Source of the DNA: Sminthopsis crassicaudata
Taxonomy: Eukaryota
NCBI RefSeq assembly: GCF_048593235.1
Contig: NC_133622.1
Location: 244,594,055 to 244,658,054, forward strand
Direction: 5' to 3'
Length of the DNA stretch: 64,000 nucleotides
A program made the position numbers and the translations under genes. Every line of letters begins with the position of its first letter. The first letter of the stretch is position 1. The notes under the pieces are model-generated. The model was not told the DNA's origin. It saw only the letters and a list, made by a program, of their open reading frames with translations, and did no database searches. Shown here one piece after another: positions 54,006-64,000 of the stretch.

Positions 54006-54342
54006 TAGAATATTCTTGTGGAGGAAAAGGGGCAAAAGTTATGACCCAATATATAAGGAAGTAGCCATCCACCTGAGCAAGGAGAGTATGTGTCCAAGGG
54101 AGTTTTCCGGACAGAGCTTGGTATAATGCAAGATCCCTAGGTGAGCAGAGGCCAACAGCAGAAAGGAACCCATTCTTAACATGAGGCATGCCATGGGATG
54201 GGAGTCTGCCTGCCATCATTCACATTTTTCTGGATTGTAACACTACCCACATTAGTTTTCCTCTTGGTTGGTTTTGATCCCTCTGATTATTGATAGAAAT
54301 ACATTTTGGATTTTTTACATGAAAGAAATTCTTCTCCTTCCC

Positions 54343-54412
54343 TATATATCTATATCTATATCTATATCTATATCTATATCTATATCTATATCTATATCTA
54401 GATAGATAGATA
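54343..54412 (+). repeat. (TATATC)n microsatellite followed by (GATA)n
   Basis: Direct inspection. Confidence 0.95.
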
Positions 54413-54663
54413 TACACACATACATATAAACACTGCATAAGTATATGGTATTATGTATACATGTTATATTCACACATACAAAGGCACACCTATCTACACA
54501 TATACACACATATATTCAGTCAGATAGATGAAAACAGATCTATAAAGAGATCAAAGAAAAAAGAAAAAGAAAAAGTTTGGATTCTACTTCTCTGTGCATA
54601 AAAAAATTATTCAGTTTACTGTCTGGATCCCAAAGTGTGGAAGATACTGATTAGCTTTTCTCC

Positions 54664-55620
54664 CTAAGAAGAAAGATGATCTAATGGAAGTTTCTGTCCT
54701 CTCACAGCTTTTCTGAAAGCATTTTTAACATCTTTATTCCTAAGACTGTAGACTAGAGGGTTCAACATAGGGATGACCATGGTATAGAATATTGACACTA
54801 TTTTGTCTGTGTCCATTGAATGGTTTGAACTAGGCTGGAAATACATGAAAATGACTGTCCCATATAATATGCTTACTGTAGTGAGATGTGAAGCACAGGT
54901 GGAGAAGGCTTTTTGGCGGCCTTCTGCAGAACGAATCTTCAAGATGGTGATGAAGATTAGCAAGTAAGAAGTAAAGATGACAAAAAATGGGAAGAAAGCA
55001 TTGAATGATGCAAAAATAAAGATTAGTAACTCAGTACTGTAAATATCAGAGCAAGACAGAACTAGGAGAGGGGGGATATCACAGAAAAAGTGATGCACTA
55101 TATTTGACTTACAAAAGGAAAGGCTAAATATCTTTCCTGTGACTATGGAGCATGTCAGAAAGCCACAGATGTAAGCACCAGAGACCAGAGATGCACATAG
55201 AGTTGATGTCATGGTGGTGGTATAATGTAGGGGCTTACACACAGCTGCATGGCGATCATAGGCCATGGAGGCTAGGAGGAAACTTTCTATAACAACAAAG
55301 GCTGCAAAGAAGAACAATTGTGCTGCACATTCATTATAGGAAATAATTTTGTTTCCCGTGAGGAGCCCAGACATTACCTTAGGAGTAATAGTTGAAGAAT
55401 AGCCAAAATCCACCAGAGAGAGGTTACTGAGAAAAAAATACATGGGGGTGTGGAGGTGGGAATCCCAGGAGATCAGAGCTACCATCCCCAGGTTACCCAC
55501 TACAGTGATGAGGTAAATGAAGGTGAACATTATGAAGAGAGGAACCTGAAGCTCTGGGTCATCTGTTATTCCTTTAAGGATGAACTCATTCACTTCAGAT
55601 CTGTTCTCCATAGGTTCCAT
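54664..55620 (-). CDS. OR5B: Olfactory receptor, OR5B subfamily (copy 5), 318 aa
   Basis: Intact ORF with all OR motifs; close paralog of copies 4 and 6. Confidence 0.96.
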   Translation of the reverse strand: MEPMENRSEVNEFILKGITDDPELQVPLFIMFTFIYLITVVGNLGMVALISWDSHLHTPMYFFLSNLSLVDFGYSSTITPKVMSGLLTGNKIISYNECAAQLFFFAAFVVIESFLLASMAYDRHAAVCKPLHYTTTMTSTLCASLVSGAYICGFLTCSIVTGKIFSLSFCKSNIVHHFFCDIPPLLVLSCSDIYSTELLIFIFASFNAFFPFFVIFTSYLLIFITILKIRSAEGRQKAFSTCASHLTTVSILYGTVIFMYFQPSSNHSMDTDKIVSIFYTMVIPMLNPLVYSLRNKDVKNAFRKAVRGQKLPLDHLSS

Positions 55621-55656
55621 TTAAGAGTGATGTCATTCAACCTGCAACAAAAAATA
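55595..55656 (-). other. Coding-exon splice acceptor plus overlapping 13-codon uORF (copy 5)
   Basis: ttttgttgcAG|gttgaATG; uORF 55636-55595. Confidence 0.7.
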
Positions 55657-58600
55657 ACTTTTAGAAAAATCCACTTCATGACATCAAAATGTTTAGAAAC
55701 CTGTCTTATGTGAGGAATAGAAACAAGGATTTAAATGACCAATAACATCTGGATACTTGTTATAGCAGTTATTGTAGATCCCCAAAATTCACTCATTCAT
55801 TTTCTCATAAACAGTTGCTCTGCATCTTGCTTTTTAAAATCTACCACAAATTTAACTGTCCCCAAAATGGCTTTTCCCAATTCAGGAAAGAGAAGTATCT
55901 TAGTCTGTGGCAAAAATTAACATTAGAAGAGGGATTGCTATAAGTCAGGGTTAAAGAGCTAGATCTCTTCATATGAACATGCTTCACTTCCTTGAAGAAG
56001 GGAGGAAATAGAAATAAAAGAGAAGAGCAAGAGAACCAAATAAAAGCAACATCAACAACTAAAAGCAGGGAGGGAGAGGATCAAAGAATTCTGGACAAAA
56101 GTTTATTGGAATCCTGTTTAGTCCTGGATTCATTGTAGCTTTAAGGTTTATGCAGTTGACTAAAGTCACCCGTCCTTGAGTAGGAATAGTTCTAGATGGA
56201 CATGAGGGGTATAGTTGTAGAAATCATCTTTCCAAAAGATCACTGATGGGCCATTTAACAATATATGAGTTCTAATTTTGTTTCCCTGTTTCCAGGAAGA
56301 ATGTAGGAAAACATGGGAGAAACCATTTATAGTATTTTCACTCTATTACTGATGAAAATCTTTAATTATCAGGCCCAGAATATTTTCTATTATTCTGGGT
56401 CTTTTCTTCTGTCTCTTTGCCCCCAATGCTGTCCTTATCTCTGTTTCTCTGTCTCTATCTCTGTATATCTGCATATTTGTTTGTCTGTCTCCCTCTCTGA
56501 TTTTCCATTTTGTTTTGTCTGCCTGCTTCTCCCTATGTGTGTCTTTCTATTTGTATGTATGTCTATTTATCTATCTTCCTATGTACCTAACTACATATTT
56601 GAATTCTGATGTTGCTTAGATTTTCATTTATTTCTTCTGTGATTCTATGGAAGGTAATTGATCCTTCTGCATCTTTGATTCCTCATACAAAAAACTGGAA
56701 TAATATTTCTTCGAATATAGAGGGTCAAACTGTCATTGGGAGGAAAGTGTTTTTCAAGAATAAAATGCTATAGACTTGAAAGTCCCCAAATCAGGTTATT
56801 GAGCTCATGTGTGACAATGGATGAATATGGGCTCTGAAAAACAGAAGTACATAGAGAAAAGAGCATGGTGATGTTCATATAATAAAAAGTACTTAGTTTG
56901 GCAATGTACTATAAAGAGATATTTTTGATCTTTAATTCAAGAATAAAGATTAATAGAACTTCAGACCCTTTAAATTATCTATGTCTGGATAAATCAGTTA
57001 AGTCAATGATTTCTCACATTGCTCATCTGCAAAAAGGGGGAAAATATCAGAATGACATTTATCTTAAATAGTTCTTGGGAGATTCAAAGGAGAAAAGTTG
57101 GTTATTAGAATGAATGATTTCTGAAGTTCTTTCCATTTCTGAATTGATAATCCCATCCCACTTTTAATCTATATTATTTTTTTAAAATATCCATTATTCT
57201 TCATAATACTAGATTGAAAGAACTTTTTTTCCTAATGTGGTTAATGAGAAACTGATAGGTGAGGACAAAGTAAATGAATAAAAGTTTATCTCATGGGACT
57301 GTTAGAGGAGTTTTTGCAAGTATCTACAAAGAAGTATTTTCTACTCCTATAGTAGAAACTGTATAAAATGGAAAACAAACTAACTCAGAATCAGAGTTGA
57401 ATAATGTTTGTTTCCTATGTGGCGGTGTGTCATTTTTGTAATTTACACTATTGCATCAAATATAGATAGATAGAGTTATAGATACGTACATACATACATA
57501 AATATATACATATAGTCTGTGATAATCCTCTTCACTGATATACTCAAGTTATTCTTGGTTGTCAAAGCTGACAAAGTGATTTGTTTTCCACCCAGAAATA
57601 ACTAGGTGTTGGTCAATAGCTCTCTCTTGGAAAGGTTTTTGATTAGGAAGTTGAAGACTTGGCTTTTAATTTTACTTGGATATTTACTTATTTTTTTTTC
57701 TGTGATTCCATGGAGATTAGTTGATCCTTCCACACCTCTGCCTGCTCATTGGAAATATTGGCGTAATATTTCTTTTCGTATATGCGTCACATAGTGATTG
57801 GAAGGAAATCATTTGTCAAGAATATAATGTGATAGATTTAAGTTTCCAAGATCAAATTATTGGGTTTGTATTTGACAATGGATGAGCAGATGCTCTGAGA
57901 AACAGAAATACATATAAAAAATACATAGTAGTGCTCCTCCACTACCAAAAACTAGTAATGCAATATGATGTAGTAGAGAAAGCTTTGATTTTTGAGTCAA
58001 GAAGACTTGGATTTAAATTCCATTGGAAAACCTTATCAATTGTTTATATGTAGACAAGTCACTTAAGTCAGCTAGCTTCAGGTTATTTACTTGTAAAAGG
58101 AGGAAGAATCTCACAATAATGGTATTTATCTCAAACAGGTGGGAGATTACAATGAAAATATTGAAGATCTTTTTAATATATAAATGTGAGCTGTTATTAT
58201 TCAGGTAAGAAACTCTATCTCCCCTAATTTTTTAAATTAAATATTCCCCTAAGACTTTTAATGCAGTGCCTTACCTACAGTATACAGTAAATAGTATTAA
58301 ATTATATACTTATTGGTCTACAGAGTCACATATTCTTAAAATGGCTCCTTTGATTACTAAACAATGATGTTTGAAAAGCTACAAATAAATAGCAAATAAA
58401 TGTTTGAGCCCAATTTTCACACATGATCCTATTTGAGTCCTTAGACAAACCTATGAAATAAGTACTAAAAGTGTACTACAAGTGTAACTATGCACTCTTC
58501 ATGGATAAGGAAAAAGAATTCAATAGACTTACCCCTGAAAAAAAATGAGCCAGGACCTTGATATAAAAGAAATTTTTTACAGGTCTTCCTGCCTTCATTT

Positions 58601-59044
58601 CCAGAAGTGTTTCCACTATTCCATCTACATAAGTATTGTAGCATTGAATTTGGATATCCTAGAATCTGACTAGCTTAATGAAGAGAAAATTGGCCAAAAC
58701 TCCAAAAAGGAGGGAGAGGCAAGATTTTTATATTTATTTTGACCTTGAAGTTCCAAGTCTAGCAAATCTATGATCATATTGGAAAAAAACTCTTCACTAG
58801 ACACTGTGGAACAGGTCAAAGGTATCTAGTGGTATAATACCTTGTCACTTCTGGTCATTGCTATGGCATGGATAGCAGAAGAATTAGTGATTTCCATTCC
58901 TATCCCACATTTAGTTCAGCCTCAGGAAACAAAAAAATAAACTAGATGAATGAGTGAATGACTCAGAGTACTTAACTCACCAGCTGGATCCTCAGAACTA
59001 AGCCCTTTCATGGAATGGCTTAATGTCAGTGTCCAGGGACTTTA

Positions 59045-59185
59045 TGCAGCCGTGGCAGCCCTGAGACCCTTGGGAGGTGGTGCTCCCTTGGAGCTTCTGG
59101 TATGTGTGCTGCCAACTCCTGAACAAAACAAACAATTAAATTCTGTTCTGACCATGGGAAGAGAAACAATTTTCTCATGGTTATT
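59045..59185 (-). promoter_or_regulatory. Putative promoter module of OR copy 5
   Basis: CCCTTGGGAG, CTCCCTTGGAG, CAATTAAATT, ACCATGGGAA and TTCTCATGG; about 3.4 kb upstream. Confidence 0.65.
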
Positions 59186-59339
59186 TTGTGATTCTTTGCT
59201 TGTTTTTAGCAAAGTGAGATATAATGGGACCTGAGAGAGGCTTCTAGTCCTGCTTTTTCCATCTCCTAACTGGGTGACATTGGCCAAGTCATTGAACAGC
59301 ATAAAATCTCAATTTAGTCATTTTTATATGACTACAAAT

Positions 59340-59643
59340 AGTTTCAATTTTTTCACCTGAAAATTGCCTCTTCATTTTCTTAACCATTTATCAATTGGAG
59401 AATGGCTGGATCTATTATAAATTTGATTTAATTCTCTATATTTTAGAAATGAGGCCTTTATCAGAATCTTTGAATGTAAAAGTGTTTTCCCAGTTTATTG
59501 CTTCCCTTCTAATCTTGTCTGCATTAGTTTTGTTTGTACAAAACTTTTAAACTTAATATAATCAAAATTATACATTTTGTGATCAATAATGACCTCTAGT
59601 TTTTCTTTGGTTGCCAATTCCTTCCTCCTCCACAAACATGAGA
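59340..59643 (-). mobile_element. Internal L1 ORF2 fragment at the unit 5 / unit 6 boundary
   Basis: Colinear with 15255-15555 of the large L1; no 3' end or TSD visible. Confidence 0.8.
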
Positions 59644-61998
59644 CTGTGCTTCTCCCTTGTACTTCCCTCACTGCCCTTGCCCATCTGCCTCAGAACATGG
59701 CTGCTTGGGGACACATTCCTATCCTACCAGACGGCTACACCCCAGATCAGAGTTTCCCAGGGACCTCTGCATGGCAGGATCCAACAATGTCCCTGTCTCA
59801 CTGACCAAGCTATGGACCTATGTAATGATTTGAAGATATATCTACTAATTTACTGGACCCCACTTGGGAATAGTGTCTTTGTTTTTGACAAAGGCTCATT
59901 TATCAAGAAGGTATTGCAATAGCACATAAGACTCCAATGACCCTTAACATTTGAGACAATCAGCTTGGAGACTGTTCCCATAAGACCCACAAATTCCTGC
60001 ATTGTTGATCTCTGAACCTTCCATGAGAACTGCTATTCAAGGGCGAAGAATGATTGTGTCATGGTCTAGTCTAGTGGATTTCAAGAATATCAACCTTGCC
60101 TTTGCCTAGCATTTTTAACTCTCTTTCTCCAGGGGACCCCTTCTACTTACAAGCATTTCCCTTGCTCTGAGATTAGTTATACTTCTTTTCTCTTCTTATT
60201 AGCCTGTATCTAATTTCCTTTGTTTGGCTCCAGCCATTCACACAGATTAAAGCCTAGTTCTGCTCTCCATAGCTGCTCAACATAATCTACATCCAAGTAC
60301 ATCTGCCCGTACTCCTTAGAGCACATCCATGGCTCCTCTCCCCACATGGCTTTTCTACTTTAATCTACAGTGGTTCCAACATATATTTCTCAGATTTGAC
60401 AAGCAATAGTAAACCCATCCTTTCAGATGTCACAGAACTGTCCAATCTAGCCCCTAACACCCACCAAGTTTCAGTGTGGATGAGAGGATAATTACAATGA
60501 TAGAAATCAAGAAGGATCAGCCTTCTCCCTTCTCCCATTTCAAACCAACATCTCCCTTGGTGGTGGAGACACCCATGTCCTCTTATAACTTTAGTGATTC
60601 CATTTTTGGGGAGAGTGAGCCCAGCATTATTGCCTCTGCTTCTGGGCACTAAAGGTGGACCATCTCCTTTTTACATCTAGGACCTCAGCAGACTGCTCAG
60701 AAGTGCTTTGGTGTAGCCTGCCTGGAGAAAAATGAACTTAGCACCTAGGAACTATAGATTCCAATGTGGACAGCCTATAAACTATGCTAATCACTCATGG
60801 CTTTAATTGAGATGCAGTAATCCTATTAGGCTTCTTTAGGTCCTCAGTTAGGTAATTGATTTAACCTTTTTCACATGGATAGCAACTTGGCCAGTATCTA
60901 TTTCTTCCTCTCCTCTCAGGAGTCACCAAAGCCTCTGGATCTTGAGACAGATATTGCAGACTTTTAGAATCAATTCTTACACTCTAATAAAGTCCTTGAT
61001 CCTGGTAGATTCTAGCAAATTGGCTACCATGGAGAGTGACCTGCCTATCTTTTATTTTTTTTTTTAATTAATTTTTTTTTTTTTGTAAAAGGGCCTCTCT
61101 TCTCAGAAGGGAATGACTACATTGATAACCCCACAATCACCCTGTAGTCTGGCTCTGAGCTCAACAAGGTCAAGAATGCTGCCATTTTCCAAGAACCTCT
61201 CCCTCTGGAAAAGGGGAGGAATGATCCAATCATCAGGATACTCTTATCTTCCTTGGCAGCCTTCCTGAAAATAGAAGAGGGGCACTGTCAAGAGGGGCGC
61301 TGTCCCTTTGTGTTTATGCTCAGTTTCCAGAATTCTCATTTGGTAAATCCGTCTTGTAGAGGATAAGGGACAAAAGTTGGGACCCAGGATATAATGAAAC
61401 AGTCACCCACCTGAGCAAGGACAGTATGTGCCCAAAGGAAATCCTCTGGACAGAGATTGATATAATGCAAGAGCCCCAGGTGAGCAGAGGCCAACAGCAG
61501 AAAGGAACCCACTCTTAACACCAGGAATGCCATGGGATGGGAGCCTGCCTGCCACCATTCCCATTTTTCTGGATCTCCACAAGGCAGCAACTTCCGCTTG
61601 CACCACTGCCCGCACTAGTTTTCCTCCTAGTTGGTTTTGATCCCTCTGATTATTGATATAATTACATTTTGGATTTTTTACATGAAAGAAGTTTCTTCTC
61701 TTTCCACATGTATATATATATATACACACACACATAAACACTGTATAAACATATGGTATAACATATATGTTATATTCACACATACATAGACACACATACA
61801 TATGTATATAGTCAGATATATGAAAATAGACAATCTATAGAGAGATAAAATTAAAAAAAGAAAAAGAAAAAAGTAAAAGTTTAGATTCTACTTCTCAGCA
61901 CATAAAATATTTTATTATGTTTCATGTCTGGATCCCAAAGTATGGAAGATACTGATTGGATTTTCTCTCTAAGAAGAAAGATGATCTAAAGGAAGATG

Positions 61999-62925
61999 CT
62001 ATCCTCTCACAGCTTTTCTGAAAGCATTTTTAACATCTTTATTCCTGAGACTGTAGACTAGAGGGTTCAACATAGGGATGACCATGGTGTAGAATATTGA
62101 CACTATTTTGTCTGAGTCCATTGAATGGTTTGAACTGGGCTGGAAATACATGAAAATGACTGTCCCATAAAATATGCTTACTGCTGTGAGATGGGAAGTA
62201 CAGGTGGAGAAAGTTTTCTGGCGGCCTTCTGCAGAACTAATCTTCAAGATGGTGATGAAGATTAGTAAGTAAGAGGTAAAGATGACAAGAAATGGGAAAA
62301 ACATAGTGAATGAGCCCAAAATAAAGATTGTTACCTCAGTGATGTGAGTATCAGAGCAAGACAGAACTAGGAGAGGGGGGACATCACAGAAAAAGTGATG
62401 CACTATATTTGACCTACAAAAGGAAAAGCTAAATATGTTTCCTGTGACTATGGAGGATATCAAAAAGCCACAGATGTGAGCACCAGAGACCAGAGATGCA
62501 CATACAGTTGAAGTCATGGTAGTGGTATAATGTAGGGGCTTACACACAGCTGCATGGCGATCATAGGCCATGGAGGCTAGGAGGAAACTTTCAACAGTAA
62601 CAAAGGCCCCAAAGAAGAACAATTGTGCTGCACATTCATTATAGGAAATAATTTTGTTTCCTGTGAGGAGCCCAGACATTACCTTAGGAGTAATAGTTGA
62701 AGAATAGACAAAATCTACCAGAGAGAGGTTACTAAGAAAAAAATACATGGGGGTGTGGAGGTGGGAATCCCAGGAGATCAGAGCTACCATCCCCAGGTTC
62801 CCCACCAGAGTGGTGAGGTAGATGAAGGTGAACATTATGAAGAGAGGAACCTGAAGCTCTGGGTCATCTGTTATTCCTTTAAGGATAAACTCATTCACTT
62901 CAGATCTATTCTCCATAGATTCCAT
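61999..62925 (-). CDS. OR5B: Olfactory receptor, OR5B subfamily (copy 6), 308 aa
   Basis: Intact 7TM ORF. A CAG>TAG change after VRG removes the last 10 residues present in copy 5. Confidence 0.95.
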   Translation of the reverse strand: MESMENRSEVNEFILKGITDDPELQVPLFIMFTFIYLTTLVGNLGMVALISWDSHLHTPMYFFLSNLSLVDFVYSSTITPKVMSGLLTGNKIISYNECAAQLFFFGAFVTVESFLLASMAYDRHAAVCKPLHYTTTMTSTVCASLVSGAHICGFLISSIVTGNIFSFSFCRSNIVHHFFCDVPPLLVLSCSDTHITEVTIFILGSFTMFFPFLVIFTSYLLIFITILKISSAEGRQKTFSTCTSHLTAVSIFYGTVIFMYFQPSSNHSMDSDKIVSIFYTMVIPMLNPLVYSLRNKDVKNAFRKAVRG

Positions 62926-62960
62926 TTAAGAATGATGTCATCCAACCTGCAACAAAAGAA
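62906..62960 (-). other. Coding-exon splice acceptor plus overlapping 11-codon uORF (copy 6)
   Basis: tcttttgttgcAG|gttggATG; uORF 62941-62906 ending in TAG. Confidence 0.7.
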
Positions 62961-63851
62961 TAACTTTTAGAAAAATCCACTCCTTGACATCAAAATGTTT
63001 AGAAACCTGCCTTATGTGAGGACTAGAAACAGGGATTTAAATGACCAGTAACATCTGGGTACTTGTTATAGCAGTTATTGCAGATCCCCAAAATTCACTC
63101 ATTCATTTTATCATAAACTGTTGCTCTGCATCTTGCTTTTTAAAATCTATCACAAATTTAACTGTCCCAAAATGGCTTTTCCCACTTCAGGAAACAGAAG
63201 TATCTTAGTCTGTGGCAAAAGTCAACATTAGCAGAGGGATTGCTGTTCGTCAGGGTTGAAGAGCTAGATCTCTTCATATGAATATGCTTCACTTCCTTGA
63301 AGAAGAGAGAAAAGAGAAATAAAAAAAGAAGAGGAACAGAACCAAATAAGAGGAAAGTCAACAACTGAGAGCAGGGAGGAGAGGATCAAGGAATGCTGGT
63401 AAAGAGTTTACTGGAATCCTGTTTAGTCCTGCATTCATTGTAGCTTTAAGGTTTATGCATTTGACTAAAGTCACCAGTCCTTGAGTGGGAACAGTTCTCA
63501 ATGGACACCAGGGGTATAGTGGTAGAAATCATCTTTCCAAAAGACCAATGATGGGCCGTTTAACAATATATGAATTTTGTTTCCCCTACACAACCTGTCC
63601 CTATTTCAGTTTAAAAGGCAGCCACAAACAATGATATTTTGTCATTTCCTTCACCATATATTTTTTGCGGGAGGTCTCAGAGTAATCTCTAATTTTGGTT
63701 TCTGCATCCTTCAATTTGAGATGAAATTTCACCTAGAGAATCCTTTCTTAATCCATGGATCTCAATATAAGTGCCTTCCTTCTTTTGATTACCTCTAATT
63801 TATCCTGGATATAGTTTGTTTGTAAGCTGACATATGCATGTTATTTGCATC

Positions 63852-64000
63852 CATGGGTTCTGAAACTACGGCCCCTGGGCCAGATATGGTCAGCTGACGA
63901 CATGTATGCAGCCCACAGGGTTATGGCAAATGGGCTAAGGGGCACAGACAGAGTGTGAGCTTTTGTTTTTACTATAGTCCCGCCTCCCACAGTCTGAGGG
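63852..64000 (+). mobile_element. Non-autonomous hAT element of the OC1/OposCharlie1 type (cut by window end)
   Basis: CATGGGTTCTGAAACTACGGCCCCTGGGCC terminus and internal TTTTGTTTTTACTATAGTCC.GCC.TCC.ACAGTCTGAGGG; absent at the paralogous site near 44335. Confidence 0.75.

Noticed and set aside
61969-62001. Programmed stop-codon readthrough at the TAG-C of copy 6
   Set aside because: The intact downstream codons are fully explained by a recent CAG>TAG mutation; there is no independent sign of a readthrough element.
7086-62970. Plus-strand ORFs inside OR genes (7086, 22829, 34180, 34900, 42123, 55450, 62755) that resemble one another
   Set aside because: They are antisense shadows of the paralogous OR codons, short and with inconsistent ends.
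1-64000. tRNA, rRNA or CRISPR features
   Set aside because: None seen. The tRNA-like A/B boxes at ~20080-20135 and ~48145-48205 belong to SINEs.

Overview
AT-rich mammalian genomic DNA, inferred to be marsupial and probably dasyurid (Tasmanian-devil-like) from its WSINE1-type SINE, OC1-type hAT element and L1/LTR types. The window is part of a tandem cluster of class II olfactory receptor genes of the OR5B subfamily, all on the minus strand: six full-length single-exon CDSs and one 5'-only pseudogene stub. Each gene unit has the same layout: a ~130-bp module of O/E(EBF)-like and homeodomain-like sites 3-6 kb upstream, candidate non-coding 5' exons, and a splice acceptor just upstream of the ATG. 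A short out-of-frame ORF overlaps the start codon in all seven copies. The units arose by segmental duplication (1/2, stub/3, 4/5/6) and were later hit by L1, SINE, solo-LTR, ERV and DNA-transposon insertions, several with visible target-site duplications. There are three assembly gaps. I found no convincing wholly new biological system. The best leads are the one-per-gene promoter module, the conserved overlapping uORF, patchwork exchange of the odorant-binding ECL2/TM5 segment, repeated independent remodelling of the C-terminal tail, and some structurally odd retroelements. All alignments were done by eye, and repeat family names come from recalled consensus features, not a database search.
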